DNA of 64,000 nt from a virus (IMGVR_UViG_3300026521_000471:122518-186517), one strand, 5' to 3'; counted from the stretch's first letter, positions 49,408 to 58,941 are shown. Numbers and translations: made by a program. Notes: generated by a model not told the origin, from the sequence alone.

Positions 49408-49772
49408 TGTTCAGTATCCTCCATTAATCTTTCTATCGGTTCCCATTTAGCATTTGTACTGATTTTTTTATATTTTTTCTTGAGAGATTGTAATATACTA
49501 TAATTTTCTAAATACTCATCCCATTCCGTATCACTTACTGCACATGGATTATGTTCAGAACGACGCACTATATCTTTCAATATCATCATTTGAGTAATCT
49601 CTATTCGTTCAGTATTTTCCGATATACTATCTAATATACCCTCATAACTAATATACCCACCAATACCGACTGTAATAACAAAAGATAAAAATCCGTATAA
49701 GGCAACGACTGTATTCGTCATTTTATTAAATTTATCAAAAAATGAATTATTATTTTCTTTATTTTTAGACAT
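49392..49772 (-). CDS. hypothetical type-II membrane protein
   Basis: ORF track; a single N-proximal transmembrane helix. Confidence 0.4.
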   Translation of the reverse strand: MSKNKENNNSFFDKFNKMTNTVVALYGFLSFVITVGIGGYISYEGILDSISENTERIEITQMMILKDIVRRSEHNPCAVSDTEWDEYLENYSILQSLKKKYKKISTNAKWEPIERLMEDTEQCKRY

Positions 49773-49816
49773 TTTATTACCTCTATTTTTCTTTATTTAT
49801 ATTTAAGTATTTTTTT

Positions 49817-49824
49817 TGTATAAT
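49817..49824 (+). promoter_or_regulatory. extended -10 promoter TGTATAAT upstream of pncA-rlmN-nadE
   Basis: TTTTTTTGTATAATATAATAT; about 88 nt upstream of ATG 49913. Confidence 0.45.
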
Positions 49825-49912
49825 ATAATATAAATAAAAACACACTTTGTGTATTATTAAAACTGTTATTGGATCTAACACAAGTTAGAATGAATAACTA
49901 AGGAGAACTAAT

Positions 49913-50551
49913 ATGAAAAAAATACTTATAGTAGTAGACTACCAATTTGACTTTGCTAGCCCAACAGGGGCTCTATCAGTACCCAATGCTGATAAAATAG
50001 TTGATAACATCCAATCTTATATCAATGATAAATCGTATGAAAATATAATTTATACTTTTGATACTCATACATCTGATAAATATAATGGTTCTGATGAATC
50101 TAAAATTTTTCCTTCAATTCATTGTGAATTTGGAACAATCGGTTGGAATTTTTATAAAATTAAACCCAGATATAAAAATTGGGATAATTTTATTGCAAAT
50201 CGTGGAATCGATGAAGGTACAGTACCTTTTAACACCTTTATAGTTGAATCGGAAATGTTTTTTACAAAAGATGTTTTTGATATTTGGCAAGGAAATTCAA
50301 TCTTTAAATCTATTTTTACAAATACCTTTAAACCAAAGGACACAATTATAGACATTGTAGGTGTAGCTACAAATTACTGCGTATTTATGAATGTTATGGG
50401 TCTAGTAAAAAATGGTTATACAGTTAATGTTCTTTCAGATGCTGTTGAAGGGATTAAATCATTTCCAGATGGATCAATAGATGATAGTTTTCAAACAAAT
50501 ATCAATGTTATGAAAAATAAAGGTGTAACTTTTTCTGGAGACATAAAATGA
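49913..50551 (+). CDS. pncA: nicotinamidase PncA (isochorismatase/cysteine-hydrolase family)
   Basis: ILIVVDYQFDF (VDxQxDF), catalytic-triad context, and ...VGVATNYCVFMN (nucleophile Cys). Confidence 0.75.
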   Translation: MKKILIVVDYQFDFASPTGALSVPNADKIVDNIQSYINDKSYENIIYTFDTHTSDKYNGSDESKIFPSIHCEFGTIGWNFYKIKPRYKNWDNFIANRGIDEGTVPFNTFIVESEMFFTKDVFDIWQGNSIFKSIFTNTFKPKDTIIDIVGVATNYCVFMNVMGLVKNGYTVNVLSDAVEGIKSFPDGSIDDSFQTNINVMKNKGVTFSGDIK

Positions 50552-51444
50552 TTATGAAAGTAATAGAAAGTTCAGAAGAGAATGTTTGGAAATATATTTT
50601 TAATGATAATGAAATAGTTTTGGAAAGTGTATTATATAAATACGGTTCATTCGATAAAAGAACTGTTATTTGTTGTTCTGTACAAAGTGGTTGTCCGGTT
50701 GGATGTACATTTTGTGGAACAGGTGCAAATTTCTTAAAAAATATTTCATCAGATCAAATAGTTGAGCAAATAACAACTATTTTTAAAGATAAAAATATCG
50801 AGGATATAAACAGTAGATGTGAAAAGCTTCAAATAATGTTTATGAGTATGGGTGAACCATTTCTTAATTACAAAAATGTTAAAGAAGCAATAATTAAATT
50901 GAATAAATTATACCCTAATGCCGACTTATTAATATCTACTGTTGGTATTAATGATGATAAAATTTTTAAAGATTTTATTTCATTATCTAAAATGATTAAA
51001 AAAGTTGGTTTACAATTTAGTATTCATAAATCAAATGATACAGATAGAGATAAATTAATACCCTTTAAAAAGAAATATACACTTAGGGAAATCAGAGATA
51101 GAGGTACTATTTGGCATAAAGAAACAGGGAGACAAGTATATCTCAACTACTGTGTTGATGGTACAAATAATAGTCAAAATGATATTGAGAATCTTAAGAA
51201 TCTCTTTTCTCCAATTATTTTTAATATGACATTTAGTGTTATTTGTGAAGCAGATGAAACAATGAAAGATAGTTCATGTAGAAATTTGAATACGATTAGA
51301 GATTTTGAAAAATCTTTTATTGAAGAAGGGTATAATACCAGAATATTTGATCCTGCTGGACAGGACGATATTGGTGGAGGATGTGGCCAATTATGGTTCG
51401 TTCAAGATTATCTTAAAAATAAAAAAATGAAAGCAGAGGTATAA
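50548..51444 (+). CDS. radical-SAM RNA methyltransferase of the RlmN/Cfr family, lacking the N-terminal domain
   Basis: CCSVQSGCPVGCTFCGTG (CxxxCxxC), FMSMGEPFLN, and C-terminal GQDDIGGGCGQLWF (the second catalytic Cys motif DIDAACGQL of RlmN). Confidence 0.8.
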   Translation: MIMKVIESSEENVWKYIFNDNEIVLESVLYKYGSFDKRTVICCSVQSGCPVGCTFCGTGANFLKNISSDQIVEQITTIFKDKNIEDINSRCEKLQIMFMSMGEPFLNYKNVKEAIIKLNKLYPNADLLISTVGINDDKIFKDFISLSKMIKKVGLQFSIHKSNDTDRDKLIPFKKKYTLREIRDRGTIWHKETGRQVYLNYCVDGTNNSQNDIENLKNLFSPIIFNMTFSVICEADETMKDSSCRNLNTIRDFEKSFIEEGYNTRIFDPAGQDDIGGGCGQLWFVQDYLKNKKMKAEV

Positions 51445-51448
51445 AATT

Positions 51449-52402
51449 ATGGAAAAAATAGAAACACTAACCGATATGGTAGAAGTAATCAGAGAAATAA
51501 AAACACCGACAAGTCAAAAAGCTAATATGGTTGTAGGAAATATTAGAGCACAAATTAAAAATTACGTACAACGTAATAATCTTAAATCACTTGTAGTAGG
51601 TGTGAGTGGGGGTCTTGATTCAGCTGTTGTAGCGGCTCTTTGTCAAGAAGAATTTACAGGAGTACCTCTAATTGGTCTTTCTATTCCTATGAGTTCAACT
51701 AACGCTCACAAAGAACAGGCAGAATGGGTAGGTAATACCTTTTGTACGGCTTTTGAAGAATTCAACTATTGGGATGAAACTTTTCAGTACAATGAAGAAG
51801 AAGGTACTGATATGATGAGTGAAGTATTTAATACCGTTTCAGCAACAGATAAAGTTGCTGAAAAAGCAGGATTTAAAACGGAAGATTTTCCAAAAAATGT
51901 TCTTCAAGGTAATATTAAAGCGAGGCTTAGAATGATAACTCTTTATGACCTTGCAAGAAAAACAAACGGTATGGTTCTTTCAACAGATAACCTTTCTGAA
52001 TTTCAAATGGGATTTTGGACTATTTGTGGTGATGTAGGTGATTTTGGACCTATCCAAAATGTTGGTAAGGGGTTTGAGCTTCCAGCCATAGCAAGAGCTC
52101 TTGGAATAAGAGCAGATATTATCACTCAATCGCCTAGTGATGGACTAATGGTAACTGAAGAAAATACAGATGAGGCTCAACTTGGAGCTAATTATGAGGA
52201 AGTTGATACTATTATGAGTATTTATCTTGGCAATATCAATAAACCAAAAGAAATTATAGATAAACTTAAAAGTAACCTATTTAATATTATTAATGATAAA
52301 AAGAGTGCTAAGAAAATTTCAAATGTAATTACACGTTATGAAAATTCACACTTTAAACGTAATGGTACAATCAACCTTACAAGAGAACAGATCGGAATCT
52401 AA
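51449..52402 (+). CDS. nadE: NH3-dependent NAD+ synthetase NadE
   Basis: LVVGVSGGLDSAVVAALC (PP-loop), KARLRMITLYDLAR, VLSTDNLSEFQMGFWTICGDVGDFGPIQ and QSPSDGL...LGANYEEVD all align with E. coli NadE. Its length and motifs do not fit QueC. Confidence 0.8.
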   Translation: MEKIETLTDMVEVIREIKTPTSQKANMVVGNIRAQIKNYVQRNNLKSLVVGVSGGLDSAVVAALCQEEFTGVPLIGLSIPMSSTNAHKEQAEWVGNTFCTAFEEFNYWDETFQYNEEEGTDMMSEVFNTVSATDKVAEKAGFKTEDFPKNVLQGNIKARLRMITLYDLARKTNGMVLSTDNLSEFQMGFWTICGDVGDFGPIQNVGKGFELPAIARALGIRADIITQSPSDGLMVTEENTDEAQLGANYEEVDTIMSIYLGNINKPKEIIDKLKSNLFNIINDKKSAKKISNVITRYENSHFKRNGTINLTREQIGI

Positions 52403-52427
52403 ATTCCGATCAAAAAAAAGGATATTT

Positions 52428-52772
52428 ATGGTTTACCGTTCTAAAGCTGATTTAGAGGAAATTAGAAAGTCACAAAATAATATTAAATTATATGCTGTAT
52501 ATTCACATCTTGCATTACCCGTATTTAAAATCAAATCATTAAGTAAAAAATATGTATATTGGGAAGATAATTCAAAACATCCATATCCTAGTAATTCAGC
52601 AGGTTATATATTAACAGACAATTTATATGAAGGTTGGAAAATATATAAAGATACTTATAATAAACGGAAAAAATTTATTGAAGACCAATATAAATCAGAA
52701 ATACAAAAATTAACAATGGCAGAATCTATACTAGATTCTCTTTCAAAATCAAATCCAGAACTTTTTATCTGA
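52428..52772 (+). CDS. hypothetical protein
   Basis: The ORF-track start at 52338 overlaps nadE. ATG 52428 follows AAAAGGA. Confidence 0.35.
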   Translation: MVYRSKADLEEIRKSQNNIKLYAVYSHLALPVFKIKSLSKKYVYWEDNSKHPYPSNSAGYILTDNLYEGWKIYKDTYNKRKKFIEDQYKSEIQKLTMAESILDSLSKSNPELFI

Positions 52773-52801
52773 TTTTAAGTATAATTCCATTATAATCCAC
52801 T

Positions 52802-53122
52802 ATGTTAAATAATTTAAAATTAAAGTTCATTTATACATTTATCAATTTTAAAATACAAAGGGTAGGACATATGTTAAATCTCAAAATAGATCCAGATAAT
52901 AAATCCATAAAATTATCTATTTTATTACTTGGTGAAGATGAACCATTAGATATAGATATTAAATCTTATGAACTAATAGAAGAAAATAATAAATCTTATA
53001 TAAAAATAAATGATGTAGAAACTAGTAAAACATGGATGAATATCCTAATATTAGAATTTGTTGAAAATAATAAGATAGAAATTTCAAATAAAATTTCAAA
53101 ACTATTGAAAATAATTATATAA
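52802..53122 (+). CDS. hypothetical protein
   Basis: ORF track. Confidence 0.3.
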   Translation: MLNNLKLKFIYTFINFKIQRVGHMLNLKIDPDNKSIKLSILLLGEDEPLDIDIKSYELIEENNKSYIKINDVETSKTWMNILILEFVENNKIEISNKISKLLKIII

Positions 53123-53135
53123 AAAAGGACATAGC

Positions 53136-53339
53136 ATGACACATAATGAATTAACAAAATTAAATAATTTAGTAGAAAACCTAAATACAAAATTTAATGA
53201 AAATAAAACATTAGAGGGTTTTATACGTTTTACGAAAAAAATTAATATGGTTGAGACAGTTTCATTTAAACAAGTTAAGTATGAGATTGATTTAATGTAT
53301 GAACGTCTTTTAGAAGAACAAGAAGAAAATACATGGTAA
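53136..53339 (+). CDS. hypothetical small protein
   Basis: ORF track. Confidence 0.3.
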   Translation: MTHNELTKLNNLVENLNTKFNENKTLEGFIRFTKKINMVETVSFKQVKYEIDLMYERLLEEQEENTW

Positions 53340-53348
53340 AGGATAACT

Positions 53349-54488
53349 ATGAAAAAAAGTATGAGAGAAGAATCTTTAGGAACTAGACTTAAAGGTTATG
53401 AAAGAGAGTTTGAATCAGTAATCGATCCAAAGGATTTTATTATTTGTAGAATTGATGGACATAAATTTAGCAAATATACAAAAGGTATGAAAAAACCATT
53501 TGATAAAATGTTGTCAAATACAATGGAGGAAACTACTAAAGACCTTGTTGAAAAATTTGGAGCCGTAACGGGCTATACGCAATCTGATGAAATTTCATTG
53601 GTTTTTGTCCCTCAATTCAAAGAAAGATTAATACCTATTGAAACCAAAGAATTATTTGTTCTTAATGATGAAGAAGCAACCTATAAAGTTTATGACAAAG
53701 AATACAACTTGCTAGGTTCATTAGATATTAGTTATGAAGATATGGATGATGAATATTTCAGTATTAACTTTTGGGTAGTTTCTGATACTAATGATGAAAT
53801 TATCGATCAATGTTCTTGGCAAAATAGAAACTCTAAAACTGAGGCTAAAGCATTAGAAACGCTTTTAAAGTATATCATTAAGAAAGTTGAAATAACAAAT
53901 GAGCAAATTTTTGGAGGAAGAGTTCAGAAATTAACTTCTTTGATTGCGGCATATACTACTATGCAGTTTAATAAACACTTTTCTAAATTTTTAGAAAAAA
54001 CATACGAAGATTATGAAGAAAAATTAGAAAAGGGCGAAATCGATACGAATAGTTTAGAGGCCATGAAATACCTTAAAACAATGGATGAAAAAGTAGGTAA
54101 TGCTTGGTTTGATGCTAGAGTTTATGGCGTATCATCTAAAGAAGAAGCATTTAACAGTATTATGTGGCGAATTCGTGATGCCGAGAAGAACTCTAGATCA
54201 ATGTTTGCACAGACATACTGCTCTCATAAATCGCTATTAGGAAAAAATGGTCTTGAACAGGTTGAATACTGTAAAGAAACTACTGGTAAAGATTGGGAAG
54301 AAGTTGAAGATAAATACAAATATGGCATTTTAGTTAAAAAAGAAAAATATCTTAAACCTATTTCTGAAGGGACTATGGATTATGCTCAAAATGATTTTGT
54401 AGAAAGATCCAGAATTATTAGTTGGGCTGAAAAAATTACTACTTTCTCTGGTGAAAAAGTTGAAATGGTTGTTAGGAAATATAAATGA
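53349..54488 (+). CDS. Thg1-like protein (tRNA-His guanylyltransferase family 3'-5' nucleotidyltransferase)
   Basis: FIICRIDGHKFSKYTKGMKKPFDKMLSNTMEETTKDLVEKFGAVTGYTQSDEISLVF aligns with Thg1 (VVVRLDGRNFHRF...GQSDEYSFVF), including both metal-binding carboxylate motifs. Confidence 0.8.
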   Translation: MKKSMREESLGTRLKGYEREFESVIDPKDFIICRIDGHKFSKYTKGMKKPFDKMLSNTMEETTKDLVEKFGAVTGYTQSDEISLVFVPQFKERLIPIETKELFVLNDEEATYKVYDKEYNLLGSLDISYEDMDDEYFSINFWVVSDTNDEIIDQCSWQNRNSKTEAKALETLLKYIIKKVEITNEQIFGGRVQKLTSLIAAYTTMQFNKHFSKFLEKTYEDYEEKLEKGEIDTNSLEAMKYLKTMDEKVGNAWFDARVYGVSSKEEAFNSIMWRIRDAEKNSRSMFAQTYCSHKSLLGKNGLEQVEYCKETTGKDWEEVEDKYKYGILVKKEKYLKPISEGTMDYAQNDFVERSRIISWAEKITTFSGEKVEMVVRKYK

Positions 54489-54751
54489 TTTCTAATCCTC
54501 CAGAAGATTTAGTAGAGGTTGTGAAACTTCTACTAACAGATAATCTTAAAGATTTTAAACCTTTAGATGATTTTATTAAAACAGATGAAAATGATTTGAT
54601 AAAATATCATTTTAGTTTGGGTATGGAGTTAAGAAATCATTATAGTTTATGGACGAAAAGATTCGAAGATAAAAATGGCTTTGAAATTCATCCAGATGAC
54701 GTATCATTTGAATTTATAAAATATGCTCATACACAATTAAAAATTAATTAG
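54485..54751 (+). CDS. hypothetical protein
   Basis: ORF track. Confidence 0.35.
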   Translation: MISNPPEDLVEVVKLLLTDNLKDFKPLDDFIKTDENDLIKYHFSLGMELRNHYSLWTKRFEDKNGFEIHPDDVSFEFIKYAHTQLKIN

Positions 54752-54759
54752 GAAAATTT

Positions 54760-55188
54760 ATGAAACCTACGTCTATTGGAATTATTCCCTATCGGTTTTC
54801 TGAAAACGGGGTATCTATTCTTTTAATGCGGTCTTCTAAGAAAAATGATAGATTCGATTTTGTTAAAGGTAAGATAGAACCTTATGAAACTAGAGTAGAC
54901 TGTTGTTTACGAGAAGTTCAGGAAGAAATAGGTGTTTCACTTTCCAAAGAAGATTTAGACTTTTCTGTTAAGCAATACAATAAGAAGAAAAATATTGAAT
55001 TATTCTTTATTCATTGGGATAAATATTTGTATAAGCAATTTAAATTAGATGAACGAGAAGTTTTTGAACTAAAATGGTTTAATTTGAATGAAATACCTAC
55101 AATTTCTCAGAACCAACGTTTGATTATTACGAAAATAAATGAAAGATTTAACAAATTACATCAACTACTAAGGAGTAACTATGTTTGA
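54760..55188 (+). CDS. Nudix hydrolase
   Basis: Nudix box GKIEPYETRVDCCLREVQEEIGV. Confidence 0.6.
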   Translation: MKPTSIGIIPYRFSENGVSILLMRSSKKNDRFDFVKGKIEPYETRVDCCLREVQEEIGVSLSKEDLDFSVKQYNKKKNIELFFIHWDKYLYKQFKLDEREVFELKWFNLNEIPTISQNQRLIITKINERFNKLHQLLRSNYV

Positions 55189-55326
55189 TGAATTAAAAAT
55201 TACTTGTCTTAAAACTGGCGAATTTAAAATACTTAATATATGGGAAAGTAGACTATCTATTCATGACCTCAATATTATAACATTGTTTTACAAAAATCAT
55301 AAAGATTTTACTATTGAAGTTGTTGA

Positions 55327-55848
55327 ATGAACGCCTTGTTCTTAGATATTGATGGAGTTTTAAATAATTACCATCTTAAAGAACCATTTACTTTTCCAAA
55401 CGGTTATACACAGCAACCAGTTAAAGGCACTCAAAATAAATGGAATGGTTTAATGGGTATGGATTATGATAAAGTTAATTTATTAAATGAAATACTTGAA
55501 AGTAACGAGTGGAAAGTAATAATATCAAGCTCTTGGTATTATTCGGATAGTACTGTTAATGCGTTAAAACATTTTGGTTTTAAATATTCAGATAGAATTA
55601 TTGGTGGTACAAATAGAAAATCATATGGTAGAGGAAAACAAATCCTAGATGCTGTTGAAGATTTTAAAGTAACAGATTTTATTATTTTAGATGATGAACT
55701 ATTTGATATTACTGGAAACTCTGAATTTGTTAGTAATAATATGCGAGAAATATTTAGAGATAGAGTGTTTAAAACAAATCCATACATAGGTTTAACTGAA
55801 AAGACAGTCTCTAATATTTTAAAAAGATTAGACTATTTTATAATTTAA
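55327..55848 (+). CDS. HAD-like phosphatase
   Basis: LFLDIDGVLN (motif I) and FIILDDE (motif IV-like). Confidence 0.5.
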   Translation: MNALFLDIDGVLNNYHLKEPFTFPNGYTQQPVKGTQNKWNGLMGMDYDKVNLLNEILESNEWKVIISSSWYYSDSTVNALKHFGFKYSDRIIGGTNRKSYGRGKQILDAVEDFKVTDFIILDDELFDITGNSEFVSNNMREIFRDRVFKTNPYIGLTEKTVSNILKRLDYFII

Positions 55849-55886
55849 GGTATAAATATATTAAAAATAGAATATGGAGAATATTT

Positions 55887-56141
55887 ATGAAATTTTCAAC
55901 AGTAAAAGAAATGGAAGAGACATTGAAAAAAATTAAATCAAAAAAAGAATTATCTCAAGATATATCATTTAGAAGTCAAGGTGAAGAAATTTTTCTTGAA
56001 TTTATAGGTGAAGGAACAAGACAAAATCTTAAAGATATGATATGGATAGGTAGAGAAACAGCAGATAATCTAAGGATTTCATTTGATGATAATGGCGATG
56101 ATTCAATTAATATCCTAGAATATTCTTTAAATAGAGGATAA
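55887..56141 (+). CDS. hypothetical protein
   Basis: ORF track. Confidence 0.35.
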   Translation: MKFSTVKEMEETLKKIKSKKELSQDISFRSQGEEIFLEFIGEGTRQNLKDMIWIGRETADNLRISFDDNGDDSINILEYSLNRG

Positions 56142-56145
56142 TAAA

Positions 56146-57297
56146 ATGCGAGTTGATAATATCTTAATAAAAACAGAGTATGGAGATATAGAAATCTCAG
56201 GAAGAGTAGATAGCGGTGAATTTATTCCAGATGATTTAGATATTTCAACGGAATTAGGTGAATTTTTAGGAAAATGGATTGAAGCTGGAAATTTATTTTT
56301 TTCAGATAATGAAATTGATATGGTCGGTCAAGATATTGATGATGATTTAATCGATGAATTAAAAAATTTCGTTACATTGAGTGATTTTTCAGATCCTATG
56401 AGAGCATTAGCTTTACATCAACATACAGGATACGATTTTACAAATATTGATGAAGATAGAAACCCATACACATTTACATCTGGAAGAGAAGAATATATGG
56501 TTTTGACCGATGATGAAGCTGATGAAATGGCTAAAGAACGGGTTGAAAATTTATTAGATGATGTAGGATTTGATGGATTTAGTGATTGGGCTAAAGATCA
56601 TGCATTAGATAATTTTATTGATACTGATTGGTTTGACGATGCAAAAATTGAAATGAGTATGAGCTATGCTGAAGATATTAAACACGAGGGTGCAAATTCG
56701 GATGAATACATTAATAGACTACATGAAGAAATGGTAGAATTAGGTGTTCTTTTTGAACCGGAATGGCCTGAAGAACCAGATGAATCAGATTATACCTATG
56801 AAAGAGAGGAATTTGATAGTTCAGATTTTTATGATAATGAACCAGTAGAAGATGATTATGAAACTGAAGAAGAATGGGAAGAAGCACATAGTAAATGGGA
56901 AGATGATTTATCAAATGCTGAAAAAGAATGGGAAGAAGAACAAGACCGTTTAGAAGAAGAAGCTCAAGAAGAATATGACGATGCGATTGAAGCTTGGGAA
57001 CGTGAAAAAGAAGAATATGAATCAGATTTAGAAAATGATATAGATAATAATATTGAAGAGTTTGCTGAAAAACGTGTAGAAGATGAAGACGGCATCGAAT
57101 ATTGGAAAAATAATATTGGTGATATTTCCGATGTAGTAAAAGAACAAGGTTTATTAGACGAAGACGCTTTTATAGAATGGATTGTTGAAACTGATGGTAG
57201 AGGTACTAATATTGCAACTTATGATGAGGCGGAGTACGAAGAAACTGTAACCTTAAATGGTGAAACTGAAGATTTTTATATTTACAGAACCGAATAA
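56146..57297 (+). CDS. highly acidic (D/E-rich) hypothetical protein
   Basis: ORF track; low-complexity acidic C-terminal half. Confidence 0.45.
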   Translation: MRVDNILIKTEYGDIEISGRVDSGEFIPDDLDISTELGEFLGKWIEAGNLFFSDNEIDMVGQDIDDDLIDELKNFVTLSDFSDPMRALALHQHTGYDFTNIDEDRNPYTFTSGREEYMVLTDDEADEMAKERVENLLDDVGFDGFSDWAKDHALDNFIDTDWFDDAKIEMSMSYAEDIKHEGANSDEYINRLHEEMVELGVLFEPEWPEEPDESDYTYEREEFDSSDFYDNEPVEDDYETEEEWEEAHSKWEDDLSNAEKEWEEEQDRLEEEAQEEYDDAIEAWEREKEEYESDLENDIDNNIEEFAEKRVEDEDGIEYWKNNIGDISDVVKEQGLLDEDAFIEWIVETDGRGTNIATYDEAEYEETVTLNGETEDFYIYRTE

Positions 57298-57367
57298 ATT
57301 ACCACTTTATATTTTTTTAAGACTCTTTTAGATATAATTATTATATATTAAATAAAGGGGTCTTAAA

Positions 57368-58771
57368 ATGGCTTTATTAACTTACGATGAAGTATTAGAA
57401 ATCACAAAAATAAATGAAACTTTTAAAATGAAACACCAAAAAATAGGTAACACAGAAATTGCAATGTGTACTTATTTTTTAGCAAATGCAGGTGATTTTT
57501 TTGATGCAAAATTAGATGGCTCTATGGTTAGAGCCACAGAATTAAGAGGTATAACATTTGTAAAAGCTCCAAATTCAGACTGGAAAACATATTTGTTTAT
57601 CGATAAATTTTTTAATATCGGTCAAACAAATGGAACTAATATAACAAATATGGAACTTTCTATCAATGACTCAACTGAAATTTGTAATATTAATAAACTT
57701 TTTATCGATGAAAATGAGAAAACATATCGTGCAATAGATTTAAAGTTAAATATGATTGTTGCTGAATTTGATAGAAATACTGAAACTCATGGGGATTTTT
57801 TTCAAATTTTATCACTAGATAAAAAAGTTTTACCTACATTGAAACCTGAAAATTCTTGGATGTATGAGGATGTAAAAGATTTAGAAATTGTAAGAATTGC
57901 AAATAAAGAAGATGGATCCGCAATAAGATTTCTTTTAATTGAAGGAAAATTAGTGGCTAAAACAAAATTTTCTTTTGAATCAGAACAATGCAAATTAGCT
58001 ATGGAAATAGTTGAAAAAGATCCTAAACTTAAAGCATTTATTTTAACAACTTTAGAGTTTGGATATGCAGCAATTTTTGAAATAGTTTCACCATTTAATA
58101 AAATCGTTTTAACATATCCAGAAACATCTCTTAGATTGTTGCAACTAAGAGATGAAAATAATGATGGGTTATATCTAAATATATATGATAATACATTAGT
58201 AAAAGCATTTAATATCTTGACTGCCAATCAAGAACCTTTATACACACTTGATGAGTTACTTAAATTAAAAGAAACCGTTGAAGATAAAGAAGGTTGGGTA
58301 ATTACATTTGAAAATGGAAAAATGGCAAAGGTAAAAACTGATTGGTATATGTCACTTCATGGTATTTTAACTGATGGGTTAAAAGAACATAAAATAATTG
58401 AAAAGGTTTTAGACGAAACGATTGATGATACTATAGCAATGATACCAGAAGAAAATATTGAAGAACGAGATTTTATTGATGGTATCTCTGAAATTATAAT
58501 TAATCATGTAAATCATTTAGTGTCAGATGCAGAAGCTAAATTTAAAAATTCATGGAATGGAAATAAAAAAGAGTTAGCACTAAAATTTAAGGATGATAAA
58601 CGTGCTTTTCCATATATAATGAGTTTTGCAAATGGAAAAAATATTGAAGAAATTGAAAAACAAGTTATAGATAGAGTTAAATTTGAATGTAGACGTTTAG
58701 AAATGGCTAAACAATACCTTAAAAATTTAGGTTTTGACAAAGAACTCGAAATAAAAATTGAGGATGATTAA
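57368..58771 (+). CDS. rnl1: RNA ligase 1 (T4 Rnl1 / gene 63-like tRNA repair ligase)
   Basis: ELRGITFVKAPNSDWKTYLFIDKFFN, ANKEDGSAIRF (motif I KxDGS), EFGYAAIFEIVSPFNKIVLTYPE and KEGWVITFENGKMAKVKTDWYMSLHG align block by block with T4 Rnl1. Confidence 0.85.
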   Translation: MALLTYDEVLEITKINETFKMKHQKIGNTEIAMCTYFLANAGDFFDAKLDGSMVRATELRGITFVKAPNSDWKTYLFIDKFFNIGQTNGTNITNMELSINDSTEICNINKLFIDENEKTYRAIDLKLNMIVAEFDRNTETHGDFFQILSLDKKVLPTLKPENSWMYEDVKDLEIVRIANKEDGSAIRFLLIEGKLVAKTKFSFESEQCKLAMEIVEKDPKLKAFILTTLEFGYAAIFEIVSPFNKIVLTYPETSLRLLQLRDENNDGLYLNIYDNTLVKAFNILTANQEPLYTLDELLKLKETVEDKEGWVITFENGKMAKVKTDWYMSLHGILTDGLKEHKIIEKVLDETIDDTIAMIPEENIEERDFIDGISEIIINHVNHLVSDAEAKFKNSWNGNKKELALKFKDDKRAFPYIMSFANGKNIEEIEKQVIDRVKFECRRLEMAKQYLKNLGFDKELEIKIEDD

Positions 58772-58773
58772 TC

Positions 58774-58941
58774 ATGAAATACGGTTTTAGTTTATTTGAA
58801 TTAATTATTGTAGTTGTAATATTGGGAATTCTAGCAGCAGTTGCTATTCCTAGATTATCAAATTCTTCATCAAATAATGATAAAATTTCATACAAAAAAA
58901 TAATTTTTACTAATGGTGATGGTGGATCCGCCGAGAATTGA
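58774..58941 (+). CDS. short type IV pilin/pseudopilin-like ORF (55 aa): prepilin leader and N-terminal hydrophobic helix only
   Basis: MKYG|FSLFELIIVVVILGILAAVAIP is a canonical class III signal peptide with Glu at +5. The 3' end overlaps the tmRNA 3' terminus. Not in ORF track because it is under 60 aa. Confidence 0.35.
   Translation: MKYGFSLFELIIVVVILGILAAVAIPRLSNSSSNNDKISYKKIIFTNGDGGSAEN

Noticed and set aside
50548-51444. QueE radical-SAM enzyme
   Set aside because: The Cys spacing and the C-terminal GGGCGQL motif are diagnostic for RlmN/Cfr, not QueE.
51449-52402. QueC (7-cyano-7-deazaguanine synthase) because of the SGGLDS PP-loop and the nearby DpdA genes
   Set aside because: Its length (317 aa) and multiple collinear blocks match NadE. 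QueC is ~230 aa with a C-terminal Zn motif. The neighbouring pncA supports NAD salvage.
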